64,000 nt of DNA. Origin: a virus. Positions 29,523 through 40,327 of the stretch are shown piece after piece. The notes beneath the pieces were generated by a model, which worked only from the letters and a program-made list of their open reading frames with translations, searched no databases and was not told where the DNA came from. The translations under genes were made by a program, and so were the position numbers. Location of the stretch: the IMG/VR virus record IMGVR_UViG_3300002026_000020, one strand, 5' to 3'. Numbering within the stretch: the stretch's first letter is position 1; each line of letters starts with the position of its first letter.

Positions 29523-30599
29523 ATGAAGAAGGTGCTTGTTTCTGGTTGTTACGATATTATTCACGGTGGTCATGTCGAATTCTTCAATCAAGCAAAAGCC
29601 CTCGGTGATTACCTCATAGTAAGCTTTGCTGATGATAACGTGTTGATGAAGTATAAGGGAAGAAGATCATCAATACCGACTGAACATAAAAAGAGAATAT
29701 TAGAATCTCTAAACATGGTTGACGAGGTAATAGTTGGAAACTCCGTTGACTGTGAGGGGTTGGATTTTATTGAACATTTTGGAAGAGTTCAGCCAAATAT
29801 CTTGGTGGCGACCGATGACGATAAGTTCAAAGAGCAAAAAACACAACTATGCTTACTTGCCAGTTGGGGGTGTGAGTATGTTGTGCTGCCTAAAACTCTA
29901 AACTTTGAGAAGATATCTACCAGTGAAATAATTCAGTGGATAAAAGCGCCTAAAGAGGTTCCATTGCGTGTTGATTTTGCGGGTGGATGGCTTGACGTTC
30001 CTAAGTATGCAATTGACGGAGCATATATAGTCAACTGTGCTATAAGCCCAACCGTATCACTTGCGAACTGGAATTATGAAATTGGTGGCGGCTTAGGTGG
30101 CTCGGCAGCATACGCCATGTTGGGTGGCAAGGATGCGTTTACAAGCGAACTGAACCTCGGCGTCGGCTGGCAAGATCCCGCTATTATAAGAGAAACTGGT
30201 ATGTGCGTGTGGAATAGTGGCAAGACACCATCCTTAGACTTCAAATGCAATCCAAGTTGGCTTGAAGGTAAGATGGCGCTGCTTTGGACCGGAAAGTGCC
30301 ACACAACGTACAACCACACCGATAATAAGAGAGATTACAGTCTCATAAAAGCTGCTGGTAATGTAGCCAGAGTGGCTTGTATTCATAGACAACTAAGCAC
30401 TCTCGCGGAAGCTATAAATATGTCGCACAAGGCGCAGATTGGTGAAGGCATGGATCCTTTGCCTGAGTTGGCGTTGGCTCGTAAGTATTGTGGTGGTGGG
30501 TTTGGCGGGTATGCTTTGTATTTGTTTGATAGTAAGAACGGTAGAGATAACTTCGTAGCTGAGAAAAAAGCAATAACAATTGAACCATATATGAGATAG
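29523..30599 (+). CDS. Cytidylyltransferase-like + GHMP kinase fusion
   Basis: GCYDIIHGGH and ISTS; PLRVDFAGGWLD, GGGLGGS, GWQD, GGGFGG. Confidence 0.85.
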   Translation: MKKVLVSGCYDIIHGGHVEFFNQAKALGDYLIVSFADDNVLMKYKGRRSSIPTEHKKRILESLNMVDEVIVGNSVDCEGLDFIEHFGRVQPNILVATDDDKFKEQKTQLCLLASWGCEYVVLPKTLNFEKISTSEIIQWIKAPKEVPLRVDFAGGWLDVPKYAIDGAYIVNCAISPTVSLANWNYEIGGGLGGSAAYAMLGGKDAFTSELNLGVGWQDPAIIRETGMCVWNSGKTPSLDFKCNPSWLEGKMALLWTGKCHTTYNHTDNKRDYSLIKAAGNVARVACIHRQLSTLAEAINMSHKAQIGEGMDPLPELALARKYCGGGFGGYALYLFDSKNGRDNFVAEKKAITIEPYMR

Positions 30600-30600
30600 T

Positions 30601-31977
30601 ATGATAAAGCTTATAATATTCGATTTAGACGGTGTTCTGGTAGACTCAAAAGAGACTCACTACGAAGCACTCAACATGGCTCTTGCCGACGTTGACCCTA
30701 AGTTTGTTATAAGCCATGACGAGCATATCGCCAAGTATGATGGGCTTCCTACTAATAGAAAGTTAGACATTCTCGCAAAAGAGAAGGGGCTTCCGAAGGA
30801 TTCATTTGAGACTGTGTGGGAGAAGAAGCAGCAATACACGTTTGATGTTATCAATACAAAGGTAAAAGAGAACTCTGAACTGATAAGCCTCTTTAGAGAG
30901 TTGAAGAGTCGTGGTATTCAGATATGGGTAGCCTCAAACTCTATAAAGAAGACTATTCGCCTATACCTTCTGCGCCTCGGTCTTATGGAGTTTGTTGATG
31001 ACTTCTTATCCAATGAGGATGTCAAGAAGTCTAAGCCAAATCCCGAGATGTATCTGAAGTGTATGGTTGAGAACTCGGTATCTCCATGTGAAGCTGTTAT
31101 CGTGGAAGACTCTCAGGTTGGAATAACCGCTGCCATAAAGTCTGGTGCCAATGTTATACCTGTTAGAAACTCATCAGACACAAATAGACAGAGGATTTTG
31201 TCATATATTGATAAAATGAATGCTATAAAAATATACAACAAGTGGGAGAGCGCAAGCATGAACATACTTATTCCTATGGCTGGGGCTGGTAGCCGTTTCG
31301 CCTCCGCAGGATATACATTTCCAAAGCCTCTCATTGAGATTCGTGGAAAGCCAATGATTCAGGTTGTTGTTGACAATCTGAACATCAACGCTACATACAC
31401 CTATATAGTCAGAACCGAGCATCTTGAGAAGTATAACCTCAAGTATCTCTTGAATATGATGACTCCTGGGTGTAATGTCATAGATGTAAACCATCTTACC
31501 GAAGGTGCAGCCTGCACAACGCTGCTCGCAGAACAGTTTATAAACAACGACAGCCCATTATTGATTGCCAACTCTGACCAGTTCATCGAATGGAACTCTG
31601 GAAACTTCATGTATAGCATGACTTCTGGAAATGCTGACGGTGGGATCCTAACATTTGAGAATAGCCATCCGAAGTGGTCTTACGTCAAGACTGATGAAGC
31701 TGGATATGTTACCGACCTCGCTGAGAAGAAGGTCATATCCAACAAGGCAACAGTCGGCATATACTACTGGAATCGTGGCTCTGAGTATGTAAAGTATGCC
31801 AAGCAGATGATTGCAAAGAACATCAGAGTCAACAATGAGTTCTATGTAGCCCCTGTTTACAACGAAGCCATAGCCGAAGGCAAGAAGATAAAGATATTTG
31901 ATATTGATAAGATGTGGGGTATAGGAACTCCCGAAGACCTCAACTACTTCAATGAGAACTATAAAGGAAACATATGA
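30601..31977 (+). CDS. HAD phosphatase + sugar nucleotidyltransferase fusion
   Basis: FDLDGVL, KPNP, EDS; IPMAGAGSRF..PKPLI, ANSDQ, NNEFYVAP. Confidence 0.88.
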   Translation: MIKLIIFDLDGVLVDSKETHYEALNMALADVDPKFVISHDEHIAKYDGLPTNRKLDILAKEKGLPKDSFETVWEKKQQYTFDVINTKVKENSELISLFRELKSRGIQIWVASNSIKKTIRLYLLRLGLMEFVDDFLSNEDVKKSKPNPEMYLKCMVENSVSPCEAVIVEDSQVGITAAIKSGANVIPVRNSSDTNRQRILSYIDKMNAIKIYNKWESASMNILIPMAGAGSRFASAGYTFPKPLIEIRGKPMIQVVVDNLNINATYTYIVRTEHLEKYNLKYLLNMMTPGCNVIDVNHLTEGAACTTLLAEQFINNDSPLLIANSDQFIEWNSGNFMYSMTSGNADGGILTFENSHPKWSYVKTDEAGYVTDLAEKKVISNKATVGIYYWNRGSEYVKYAKQMIAKNIRVNNEFYVAPVYNEAIAEGKKIKIFDIDKMWGIGTPEDLNYFNENYKGNI

Positions 31978-32579
31978 GCATACCAACAGGACCAAACGCA
32001 GATAAGTGGTTTGAATACGGTGGTGATAACAATCTGAGAATAAACTACAATCTAAACGCCGATAGCGTTGTAATCGACGGTGGGGCATATCACGGCGATT
32101 GGTTTAGTAAAATATACAGCAAGTATGCGTGTAATATAATAGCATACGAGCCTACTGCAAGTGGATACAATATATGCAACCAAAAGGTGAATGACAAGAT
32201 AAAGCTGCATAAGTCTGGTCTATATGACAAGAATGCAAAGATAAGGATATCAAGCGAGGATGATGGCAGCAGTATATTCAATAATGGTGGTTCGGAATCC
32301 ATTGATTTGGTGGATACTGGTGTCGAGTTGGCTTCATGGGGGCAGACAATAGACCTGTTTAAGCTTAACGTTGAAGGCGCTGAATACGAAATACTTGAGA
32401 AAATCATACAAATGAACGCTCAGACAAAGTTTAAGAACTTCCAGATACAGTTTCACCGTGGTAAGTATCTTCCAAATGCTGAACATCGAAGAGATGCTAT
32501 AAGATCGGTTCTTAGCAAGACTCATCACTTGACATATGACTTCACGTTCGTTTGGGAGAATTGGGAGATAAATCAATGA
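31974..32579 (+). CDS. FkbM-family methyltransferase
   Basis: IDGGAYHG, YEP, KLNVEGAEY. Confidence 0.85.
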   Translation: MSIPTGPNADKWFEYGGDNNLRINYNLNADSVVIDGGAYHGDWFSKIYSKYACNIIAYEPTASGYNICNQKVNDKIKLHKSGLYDKNAKIRISSEDDGSSIFNNGGSESIDLVDTGVELASWGQTIDLFKLNVEGAEYEILEKIIQMNAQTKFKNFQIQFHRGKYLPNAEHRRDAIRSVLSKTHHLTYDFTFVWENWEINQ

Positions 32580-33298
32580 TAGATAAGAGTTATATAAATT
32601 GGGCTGACTTCATCTCAGTTGCAAACGGGTTCAACTTTACTAACAGTGGATGTCACCCTGACCATTATGGGCTTACAGTTGGTGGAAGGCTACCACACTC
32701 CATAAACGAGTATGAGTTCAACTACATGCGTGATTACATTGTCAAAAACAATTTGAAGTGTGGTTACGAGTTGGCAACTGGTATAGGTGTTTCAACCGTT
32801 GGAATTGGTCTTGGCTTCAAGAAAACTGGCGGAAAGGTCATCACATTGGATTCATATGTGGAAGAGCAAAACCAAGAAGTAGTTGATAACCGATATGATG
32901 TAAACTCCAACATACAAAACGCTGGAAAGAGTCGCAATAAGAGCTTGATGCAGCGGTTCTCTTTGGATGATACTGTTATTCTGGAACAGGGCTGGAGTCC
33001 GACTGACTCTATAAAGTTCATAGATAAACACTTCCAGGGCAAGAAGCTTGACTTCGTGTTTCTTGACTGCCCTAAGTATCCAGACGAGTACGAACGTGAC
33101 GCATCATATCTAATAAATTACGTCGCTAAGGATAAGTTTTGTATATTCGTTCATGATACCCATACAATGCGTGGGGAGTTCACTCAACTCTCCGAAAAGT
33201 ATTTTGGAATAACTCCGAAGTTTATAAACAAGTATAACTTCGGCGGAAGAGACATTGAAGTGAGATTCCCAATAGCCCTTATTACAAACATTCCATGA
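32576..33298 (+). CDS. Class I SAM-dependent methyltransferase
   Basis: ELATGIGVS, DFVFLD, VHD. Confidence 0.7.
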   Translation: MIDKSYINWADFISVANGFNFTNSGCHPDHYGLTVGGRLPHSINEYEFNYMRDYIVKNNLKCGYELATGIGVSTVGIGLGFKKTGGKVITLDSYVEEQNQEVVDNRYDVNSNIQNAGKSRNKSLMQRFSLDDTVILEQGWSPTDSIKFIDKHFQGKKLDFVFLDCPKYPDEYERDASYLINYVAKDKFCIFVHDTHTMRGEFTQLSEKYFGITPKFINKYNFGGRDIEVRFPIALITNIP

Positions 33299-33924
33299 TA
33301 CACTGCATAGGCAACAGCCACGCTAACATGTTTACGGGAAGCCCACCTGGGCAGATGTTTATAACAACATGTGGAAGTCGCTTCTCATCGACCAGCATTG
33401 GTCCCGTTATAGCATACAACTTCACAGAGCATCACGAATCTAAGTGTATGGAACAGTTATCAAAGATTCCTGTAAATCCTGGCGACAGGGTTATGCTGAT
33501 AGTTGGAGAAGTGGATTGCCGACTACATCTTCCAAAGAGAATAGCTACAAACAATGAGAGCATAGAATCGGTCGTATTTGAATGTACCAATAGATTCTTT
33601 AGATCCGTATTGAACCTAAAGAAGCGTGGATACAACATGGTGACTTGGTGTGGGCATCCATCAACCACCGATGGTCATAGAGATAATTATGACTCTCCGG
33701 TTTGGGGAGACTGTTTGACTCGTAATAAAATAAGTATAGAATGGAAGAAATCTCTTGAAGCTCTCTCCTTGGCAAACGATATTCCATGTGTAAGTATAAT
33801 AGATGACATGATAAAGGAAGATGGTTTGACTGATATGAGTTACTTTATAGACTACTGTCACCTAAATAGCCAGAAAGCTCTTCCGCTCGTTATCAATAAG
33901 TTTATTGAAAAAGGTCTGTTATAG
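33295..33924 (+). CDS. SGNH hydrolase-like protein
   Basis: IGNSH, GEVDCR, DYCH. Confidence 0.7.
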   Translation: MIHCIGNSHANMFTGSPPGQMFITTCGSRFSSTSIGPVIAYNFTEHHESKCMEQLSKIPVNPGDRVMLIVGEVDCRLHLPKRIATNNESIESVVFECTNRFFRSVLNLKKRGYNMVTWCGHPSTTDGHRDNYDSPVWGDCLTRNKISIEWKKSLEALSLANDIPCVSIIDDMIKEDGLTDMSYFIDYCHLNSQKALPLVINKFIEKGLL

Positions 33925-33937
33925 GTATAATGTATGT

Positions 33938-34258
33938 ATGAAAACGTTCAACATCAAAGATATGGTAAAGGGATGGTTTGTCGGTGACATTACTCCGGTA
34001 GCCTTTAGCACCCCTTCAGTGGAGGTAGCCTACAAGGAGTATAAGAAGGGTGATTACGACAAGGCACATTATCACAAAATAGCAACCGAAGTTACTCTTA
34101 TATCCAGCGGTTCTGTGAAGATGAACGGTGTCGTGTATTCTAAAGGCGAGATAATCATCATAAATCCTATGGATGTAACAGACTTTGAGGCTTTGGAAGA
34201 CTCGTCAACTGTTGTTGTCAAGGTTCCTGGGGCTAAAAACGATAAATACGAGTCATGA
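33938..34258 (+). CDS. Cupin protein
   Basis: KGWFVG, HYHKIATE, VVVKVPG. Confidence 0.75.
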   Translation: MKTFNIKDMVKGWFVGDITPVAFSTPSVEVAYKEYKKGDYDKAHYHKIATEVTLISSGSVKMNGVVYSKGEIIIINPMDVTDFEALEDSSTVVVKVPGAKNDKYES

Positions 34259-34695
34259 TACTTATAGCACATAGAGGTAATACAGACGGCTCAAACCCTA
34301 CGTTGGAGAACTATCCAGGGTATGTAAACACTGCTTTTGAGATGGGATTCCATGTTGAAATAGATGTGTGGTTGGTCGATGGTAAGTTCTTTCTCGGGCA
34401 TGACAACCCCAAGTTCCCCATTAGTATAGACTATCTGAAAAACGAGAAGCTTCTATGTCACGCTAAGAACAAAGAGGCATTCGAAGCGATGTTGGAGCAT
34501 CCAAGTATTCATTCATTTTGGCATCAAGAAGACGAATATACATTATCATCCAAGAGAATACCAATAGTATATCCCGGCAAGCCCCTAATGACTAACTGTA
34601 TAGCAATGGTTAGAGACTACTATACCGAGTCAGACTTTAGTAAATGTTATGCAATATGTTCTGACTATGTTGGTATGGAAAAGGTTTACCGATAA
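34255..34695 (+). CDS. Glycerophosphodiester phosphodiesterase-like protein
   Basis: IAHRGN, EN, VEIDV, GHD, HAKN, ICSD. Confidence 0.8.
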   Translation: MILIAHRGNTDGSNPTLENYPGYVNTAFEMGFHVEIDVWLVDGKFFLGHDNPKFPISIDYLKNEKLLCHAKNKEAFEAMLEHPSIHSFWHQEDEYTLSSKRIPIVYPGKPLMTNCIAMVRDYYTESDFSKCYAICSDYVGMEKVYR

Positions 34696-35363
34696 TGAAT
34701 TTTACATTTGGGATAATAACCGATGGTAATAATGAGGGATATATAAACACCGTCATTGCATCAATTCACCGTCAGGAAATACCTACAGACAAGTATGAAA
34801 TACTAATAGTTGGTAATAGTAGAGCGAGTGGCGCTAATGTCAGAGTTATACCATTTGATGACAGTGTGAAGCATGCATGGATAACCAGAAAAAAGAATAT
34901 AGTCACTGAACAAGCAAAGTTTGATAACGTTGTTTACACCCATGACTACATATCCTTTAGCGATGGATGGTATAGTGGATTCTGCAACTATGGAAACGAC
35001 TTCTTAGCGTGTATGACCCCTATGATAAACACCGATGGAACCCGCTTCCGAGACTGGACCACCTATCCAAATTGGGTAAGACCGCTTGGGGTCAATACCT
35101 ATATGCTCCCATATAACGTGACCAATCTCTCGAAATACCAATACTTCTCGGGTGCCTATTTTATATGTAAGAGACATGTAATGCAGGAAATCCCACTCAA
35201 TGAGAAGCTGAGTTGGGGCGAGGGTGAGGATGTTGAGTGGAGCAAAGCCTATAACTCCAAGTATGAATTCAAAATAAATACACAGTCAACTGTAAAGCTG
35301 ATAAAATATAAGCCAGCATACTTTGACCATATAACCCCCGAAGACCTTTGTAAGCTACAGTAA
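34695..35363 (+). CDS. GT2-like glycosyltransferase
   Basis: FGIIT, WITRKKN, HDY, EDVEWS. Confidence 0.75.
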   Translation: MNFTFGIITDGNNEGYINTVIASIHRQEIPTDKYEILIVGNSRASGANVRVIPFDDSVKHAWITRKKNIVTEQAKFDNVVYTHDYISFSDGWYSGFCNYGNDFLACMTPMINTDGTRFRDWTTYPNWVRPLGVNTYMLPYNVTNLSKYQYFSGAYFICKRHVMQEIPLNEKLSWGEGEDVEWSKAYNSKYEFKINTQSTVKLIKYKPAYFDHITPEDLCKLQ

Positions 35364-35372
35364 GGAGACTAC

Positions 35373-36023
35373 ATGTTATTTGACTTTCTAAAAGATGGAG
35401 ACTTGGTATTTGATGTTGGATGTAACGTCGGTAAGAAAGCTGACCTATTCCTTTCCAAGAATTGTAAAGTTGTTGGGTTTGAACCGCAGAAGACATGTTA
35501 TGATACATTGGTTCAGAAGTATTCAAACAACTCCAATATAAAATTAGAATCTCTTGGCTTAGGATCTGAAGATAAGGAAGTGGAATTCTACATAGCTTCC
35601 GCCGACACCATAAGCTCCATGTCTCCTGAGTTTATTGTTGAGACTAAGAAGAACCGCTTCAGCACATACTCCTGGCACCGCAAGGAGATTGTAAAGGTTA
35701 CAACTCTTGACGCCATGATAGATAAGCATGGTCAGCCTGCATTCTGCAAGATAGACGTTGAAGGTTATGAGAGCGAAGTTCTCAAGGGGTTGAATAGGTA
35801 TACCATACCAATGCTGAGTATGGAGTTTACTCCGGAGATAAAGAAGAATACTCTTGAGTGTGTTGATAAGCTTCTCAGCCTGAATAGCAACTACCGATTC
35901 AATATCGTAAATGGTGAGAATGAACACTTCAGGTTCAACGAGTGGCTTGACGAAGGCTACATCAAGAAAGCCATCTCCGAAATAAACTTCCCCGAATGGG
36001 GTGACTTGTATGCCAAGCTCTAA
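35373..36023 (+). CDS. FkbM-family methyltransferase
   Basis: DVGCNVG, FEP, TTLD, KIDVEGYE. Confidence 0.88.
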   Translation: MLFDFLKDGDLVFDVGCNVGKKADLFLSKNCKVVGFEPQKTCYDTLVQKYSNNSNIKLESLGLGSEDKEVEFYIASADTISSMSPEFIVETKKNRFSTYSWHRKEIVKVTTLDAMIDKHGQPAFCKIDVEGYESEVLKGLNRYTIPMLSMEFTPEIKKNTLECVDKLLSLNSNYRFNIVNGENEHFRFNEWLDEGYIKKAISEINFPEWGDLYAKL

Positions 36024-36843
36024 GGTTGGTATATTCTTCAATGGCGACCCAAACGAACTGCGTGGACCGTCTAAGGTTTATAAGAACCTTGTAAACGGTC
36101 TTAGCAAGCTCGGAATAGAATACTCCCTAAATCAAGGGGAAGTGTTCAACGGTTCTTTGAATAATATGGATCATCACCTTCCTAAGAACACGGTCATCGG
36201 TCCTAACACTGTCATACTTCCAACCGACAATCCAGCACTATACCAGAAATACAAGAGCTTCATTGTGAACTCGCAGTGGACGTATGACAAGCATTCTTCC
36301 ACGGGGCTTCTCCATGGCAAGAATCTGTATATATGGGCTGTTGGCATAGATACTGATTTGTTCAACGATTCCAACAGAAACCCCGACACAGATTGCTTCA
36401 TTTACTTCAAAGGAAGAGAAGACGGAGAGTTGGAAATAGTAAAGCAGAAACTAACTTCTCTGAACATGACATATAGAGTTATAACATATGGCTCATATCG
36501 TGAGGAAGAACTTATTGATGCTACGAAGAAGTGCAAGTTCTGCATCTTGCTAACTGGAACTGAAAGCCAGGGAATCGGATACATGGAGATTCTATCTGCT
36601 AACGTCCCGTGTTATGTTTTGAATATGGGCGCTTGGCGTAACAGCAGCTATCCAAGAGTCTATCCAGCTTCATCGGTTCCATACTTTGATAGCAACTGTG
36701 GAATTATTGATGATATGAACATGGGAAAGTTTGTCGAGTTCTTGAACTCATATGACTCATTCAACCCAAGGCAATACATTGTTGAGAATCACACTCTCGC
36801 AATATCGGCTGGCAAGTATTATGATATACTAAGTCACCAGTGA
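36010..36843 (+). CDS. Glycosyltransferase-like protein (GT-B)
   Basis: GPSKV, IGPN, GIDTD, ESQGIGYMEILS, SVPYF. Confidence 0.65.
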   Translation: MPSSKVGIFFNGDPNELRGPSKVYKNLVNGLSKLGIEYSLNQGEVFNGSLNNMDHHLPKNTVIGPNTVILPTDNPALYQKYKSFIVNSQWTYDKHSSTGLLHGKNLYIWAVGIDTDLFNDSNRNPDTDCFIYFKGREDGELEIVKQKLTSLNMTYRVITYGSYREEELIDATKKCKFCILLTGTESQGIGYMEILSANVPCYVLNMGAWRNSSYPRVYPASSVPYFDSNCGIIDDMNMGKFVEFLNSYDSFNPRQYIVENHTLAISAGKYYDILSHQ

Positions 36844-37412
36844 GTTAGATTACAAACTCCGGTTCCAAATATATTAGCCTTTACATGCAGTCTATCAAAC
36901 TTATATACAGATAGCTTGTTATCTGATATATACTTTGCTGTCAACCATTCAAAGTTCTGCATGTTGTTTTCCATTCCATCATAGTCTATGGTTTCGAGGA
37001 ACCTGACAAGATGTGAATACTTCATGGCAAACATTCCTGTGAACACCTGACCATGATTATCATATCTAACATATGCATCATAGTTAGTGCTATCAATCAT
37101 ATCAAATGTGTTTCTACTCTCAACAAGATAGCGACCAGTTAGCTTTGCCACTTTCTCTCCTTCTGGAGCCTTTATTTGTCTCAGGGCTGTTAGGAGAGCC
37201 TTAGCCTCGTTTACTCCTTTATTTCGCAAGCCAGGGTTGTTTACGCCTGGGTAGATGACATCCTCCCCGTCGATGGGGAATGAACTGGCAACACACTCCA
37301 CTATCTTTGGGCGTATACCATATTCTTTTAGTTGCTGAAGACTATCGGAATATTCTTTCATTCTCATATCATATTTTTCTGTTATAATAGCCGATGTAAA
37401 GAGTAAAATCAT
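36834..37412 (-). CDS. Hypothetical glycan-cluster protein
   Basis: NKGVNE..KLTGRY motif; minus-strand late promoter at 37423-37430. Confidence 0.6.
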   Translation of the reverse strand: MILLFTSAIITEKYDMRMKEYSDSLQQLKEYGIRPKIVECVASSFPIDGEDVIYPGVNNPGLRNKGVNEAKALLTALRQIKAPEGEKVAKLTGRYLVESRNTFDMIDSTNYDAYVRYDNHGQVFTGMFAMKYSHLVRFLETIDYDGMENNMQNFEWLTAKYISDNKLSVYKFDRLHVKANIFGTGVCNLTHW

Positions 37413-37449
37413 ATATACTTTTTATTTATAAATATGCCAGGAGAAGATT

Positions 37450-38214
37450 ATGCAGTATATAAAATCTCGTGAAACTCTCATACGCATAATAGACCGTATA
37501 GAGCAGCGCAAGCCTGGAATATATTTGAGGTTTGGCGCCGGCGATGTAAACTTAGCCAACAATACCAGAGAGTTGATGCAGCAGGCAAATGATAAGTTGG
37601 GCGCTGAGATGCGTGAAGCATTTTCCTTGACTGGTGAAGGTGTTATGAAATGCTTACCTGTATACTGCCACAAATATGGAGCGGTTGAGCCTGGAATGTG
37701 CCCAGGAAACCACGAAGCTCCTAATGAGTGGGTGGATGACATCATGCGACGGGCAGCCCCCCATTGGGGTGGAGAGTTTGGTGAAGTATATCCCCACGTT
37801 GCGTTATGCTATATGGCAACGGTAGATGCTCCTGTAGCAAAGAACTTCCTAAACCGTATGAGAGACGCTAACTGCAAGAAGATATTCATCGGCAATAGAA
37901 CATGCCCTGAGAGTGTCATAGAGAGAATGTTTGGGAAGTGTCATATCATAAAGACACCAGAAGCTAACTCTTATGACGGTGCTGACGCAGCATGGGAAGA
38001 GTTTCAACGAGTCAAAACCGACGAATACACGCTCGTCATATTTGCCATGGGATGTTCTGGAAGAGCAGTTCAGAAGAGGATATGGAAGAAGTATTCCGAC
38101 TGCTTTGTATTTGACGTTGGTAGCATCATGGATACCGTTTATGGGAACAGCCCAACAAGAGCGTGGATGGAGATAACCAAATTCAACGGAAAGAAGTTTC
38201 TGGAGACATTATGA
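37450..38214 (+). CDS. GT-D-fold-like glycosyltransferase
   Basis: RFGAGD, TPEANSY, AMG, DVGSIMD. Confidence 0.6.
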   Translation: MQYIKSRETLIRIIDRIEQRKPGIYLRFGAGDVNLANNTRELMQQANDKLGAEMREAFSLTGEGVMKCLPVYCHKYGAVEPGMCPGNHEAPNEWVDDIMRRAAPHWGGEFGEVYPHVALCYMATVDAPVAKNFLNRMRDANCKKIFIGNRTCPESVIERMFGKCHIIKTPEANSYDGADAAWEEFQRVKTDEYTLVIFAMGCSGRAVQKRIWKKYSDCFVFDVGSIMDTVYGNSPTRAWMEITKFNGKKFLETL

Positions 38215-38975
38215 TAAGTTGTGAGCTTATGGGTGGCATCGGCAACCTTCTATTTCAAGTATCGGCTACATATGCTCACTCAAAGCGTATGGGTGAAGAA
38301 TGCTACTTTGACCTCGGTAGAGATATAATATCCTGCACAAGACACTATGATAATCTATCAGTGTATAAAGACAATATATTTAGGAACTTCAAAAACAGCA
38401 CAAGAGTTCACAACCACCACAGACACGAAGAACCTTCACATAGGTTCTCACCAATACCAAGAGTTCCTAATCTATTCTTGTTTGGTTACTTCCAATCAGA
38501 TAAGTATTTCTCAGAATATGCCGATGAGATACGAACAATGGTTTCACCAAAGCAGGAAGAAATGACTTACATAATAGAGAAATACAAAGAAGTGTTGGAT
38601 AAAGATACTGTCAGCGTTCACGTTAGACGAGGCGACTATTTGAGGGTCAACTCCGCAGCAGTTCTGCCAATAGATTACTACAAGAGAGCATTGGCTCTCT
38701 TCCCAGGAAAGCAGGTTGTAGTATTCAGCGACGATGTTCCATACTGCAAGAATGAGTTCGGAAACGATGCTGTTTACATAACTGGAGAGAAGGATTATAT
38801 TGACATGTATATCATGTCAAGGTGTAAGAACAATATAATAGCAAACTCGTCATTCAGTTGGTGGGGTTCGTATCTGAATAACCATCACGATAAGAAGATA
38901 GTAGCTCCTAAACTATGGAATGGCAACTACACCGACAATCCAGACATTTACTGTAACAACTGGATAACCATATGA
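38211..38975 (+). CDS. GT11 alpha-1,2-fucosyltransferase-like
   Basis: GGIGN, GYFQS, HVRRGDY, FSDD, ANSSFSWW. Confidence 0.9.
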   Translation: MISCELMGGIGNLLFQVSATYAHSKRMGEECYFDLGRDIISCTRHYDNLSVYKDNIFRNFKNSTRVHNHHRHEEPSHRFSPIPRVPNLFLFGYFQSDKYFSEYADEIRTMVSPKQEEMTYIIEKYKEVLDKDTVSVHVRRGDYLRVNSAAVLPIDYYKRALALFPGKQVVVFSDDVPYCKNEFGNDAVYITGEKDYIDMYIMSRCKNNIIANSSFSWWGSYLNNHHDKKIVAPKLWNGNYTDNPDIYCNNWITI

Positions 38976-39619
38976 AAATATCCATTCTCATGCCCATATA
39001 TAATGGCATAAACTTTTTGGAAGAGAGCTTGGGATCCATTCGCAATCAGACATATAACGATTGGCAGCTTATCATAGGGGTAAATGGTCATCCACGAGGC
39101 TCTGATATATTCAACATAGCCAACAAACACGCATCCGATAAGGTAAAGGTTTTAGATTTACATACCATAAAGGGAAAGCCCAGCGCCCTGAACGAAATGG
39201 TAAAGCAATGTTCAGATATATGCTGCCTGCTTGACGTTGACGATAAATGGCATCCTGAGAAATTGAGCAAACAGATAGAGCATATATCCTCATACGATGT
39301 GGTCGGAACCTGCTGCCAGTATTTTGGGGATAGGAATGACCACCCGCACGTCCCAACCGGTCATATTGACAGAATTACGTTCATGTCGTTCAATCCGATT
39401 ATAAATTCTTCGTCTATGTTCAAGAAGACCGACGCTTATTGGGATCCGTCACTTTCAGTAGAAGACTATGATATGTGGCTGAGACTGAACAAGCAAGGAA
39501 AGCGGTTCTTCAACCATTCCGACATATTGACTTATCATAGAATTCACAATAATAGTTACTTCAACACTCGCAATCATGACGAAGAGATAAACACAACCAG
39601 AAACCGCTGGAGAATATAA
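38972..39619 (+). CDS. GT2 glycosyltransferase
   Basis: ISILMPIYN, LDVDD, EDYDMWLR. Confidence 0.88.
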   Translation: MKISILMPIYNGINFLEESLGSIRNQTYNDWQLIIGVNGHPRGSDIFNIANKHASDKVKVLDLHTIKGKPSALNEMVKQCSDICCLLDVDDKWHPEKLSKQIEHISSYDVVGTCCQYFGDRNDHPHVPTGHIDRITFMSFNPIINSSSMFKKTDAYWDPSLSVEDYDMWLRLNKQGKRFFNHSDILTYHRIHNNSYFNTRNHDEEINTTRNRWRI

Positions 39620-39628
39620 AGGAGCTTT

Positions 39629-40327
39629 ATGAAGATAGGATTTCTTATAGTTGCAACCCACAAATATATACGCTTTGTTCAGCCTTTGCTGGATTCGATG
39701 AAGCGTCATCTAAGAATACCTAATGGTGAAATAACCATGTTCGTATTCACCGACCAGCCAAACGTTCCAGAAGGATGTGTGAGAATACAACAGGAACACA
39801 AGCCGTTCCCATATCCTACTCTTATGCGCTATCACATGTTCCATAAGAACAAGAGTCTCTATGAGAACTTTGACTTCCTTTATTATCTCGACGCTGATAT
39901 GTTGTTCCTCGGTCCAGTCGGTGATGAAATACTCGCAACTCGCTTGGGCGTATTGCACCCCGGCTTCTTCCGCAAGTCAAGACCAGACTTCACATACGAG
40001 CATCGCCAGGAGTGCTTGGCATACGTTGCTCCACATGAAGGAACCAACTACTTCTGCGGCGGATTCAACGGTGGAAGAACTGCTCCATACCTTGAAATGT
40101 GTAAGGTAATCTCGGAGAGAGTTGACAAGGATCATGAGAAGGGCATAGAAGCCATATGGCACGACGAAAGCCATCTCAATAGATACTATATTGACAATCC
40201 GCCTACTGTTATATTGAATCCATCATACTGCTACCCAGGTGACGGATTGGCTCATGTTCTCGGTCTTGCTGGTCTTCCAAAAAAGATTCACGCAATAGAC
40301 AAGAACCATGACGAAGTTAGAAACTAA
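39629..40327 (+). CDS. GT6 (ABO-like alpha-1,3-Gal/GalNAc transferase)
   Basis: IVATHKY, FTD, TLMRY, DAD, HPG, GGFNGG, WHDESHLNRY, KNH. Confidence 0.9.
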   Translation: MKIGFLIVATHKYIRFVQPLLDSMKRHLRIPNGEITMFVFTDQPNVPEGCVRIQQEHKPFPYPTLMRYHMFHKNKSLYENFDFLYYLDADMLFLGPVGDEILATRLGVLHPGFFRKSRPDFTYEHRQECLAYVAPHEGTNYFCGGFNGGRTAPYLEMCKVISERVDKDHEKGIEAIWHDESHLNRYYIDNPPTVILNPSYCYPGDGLAHVLGLAGLPKKIHAIDKNHDEVRN

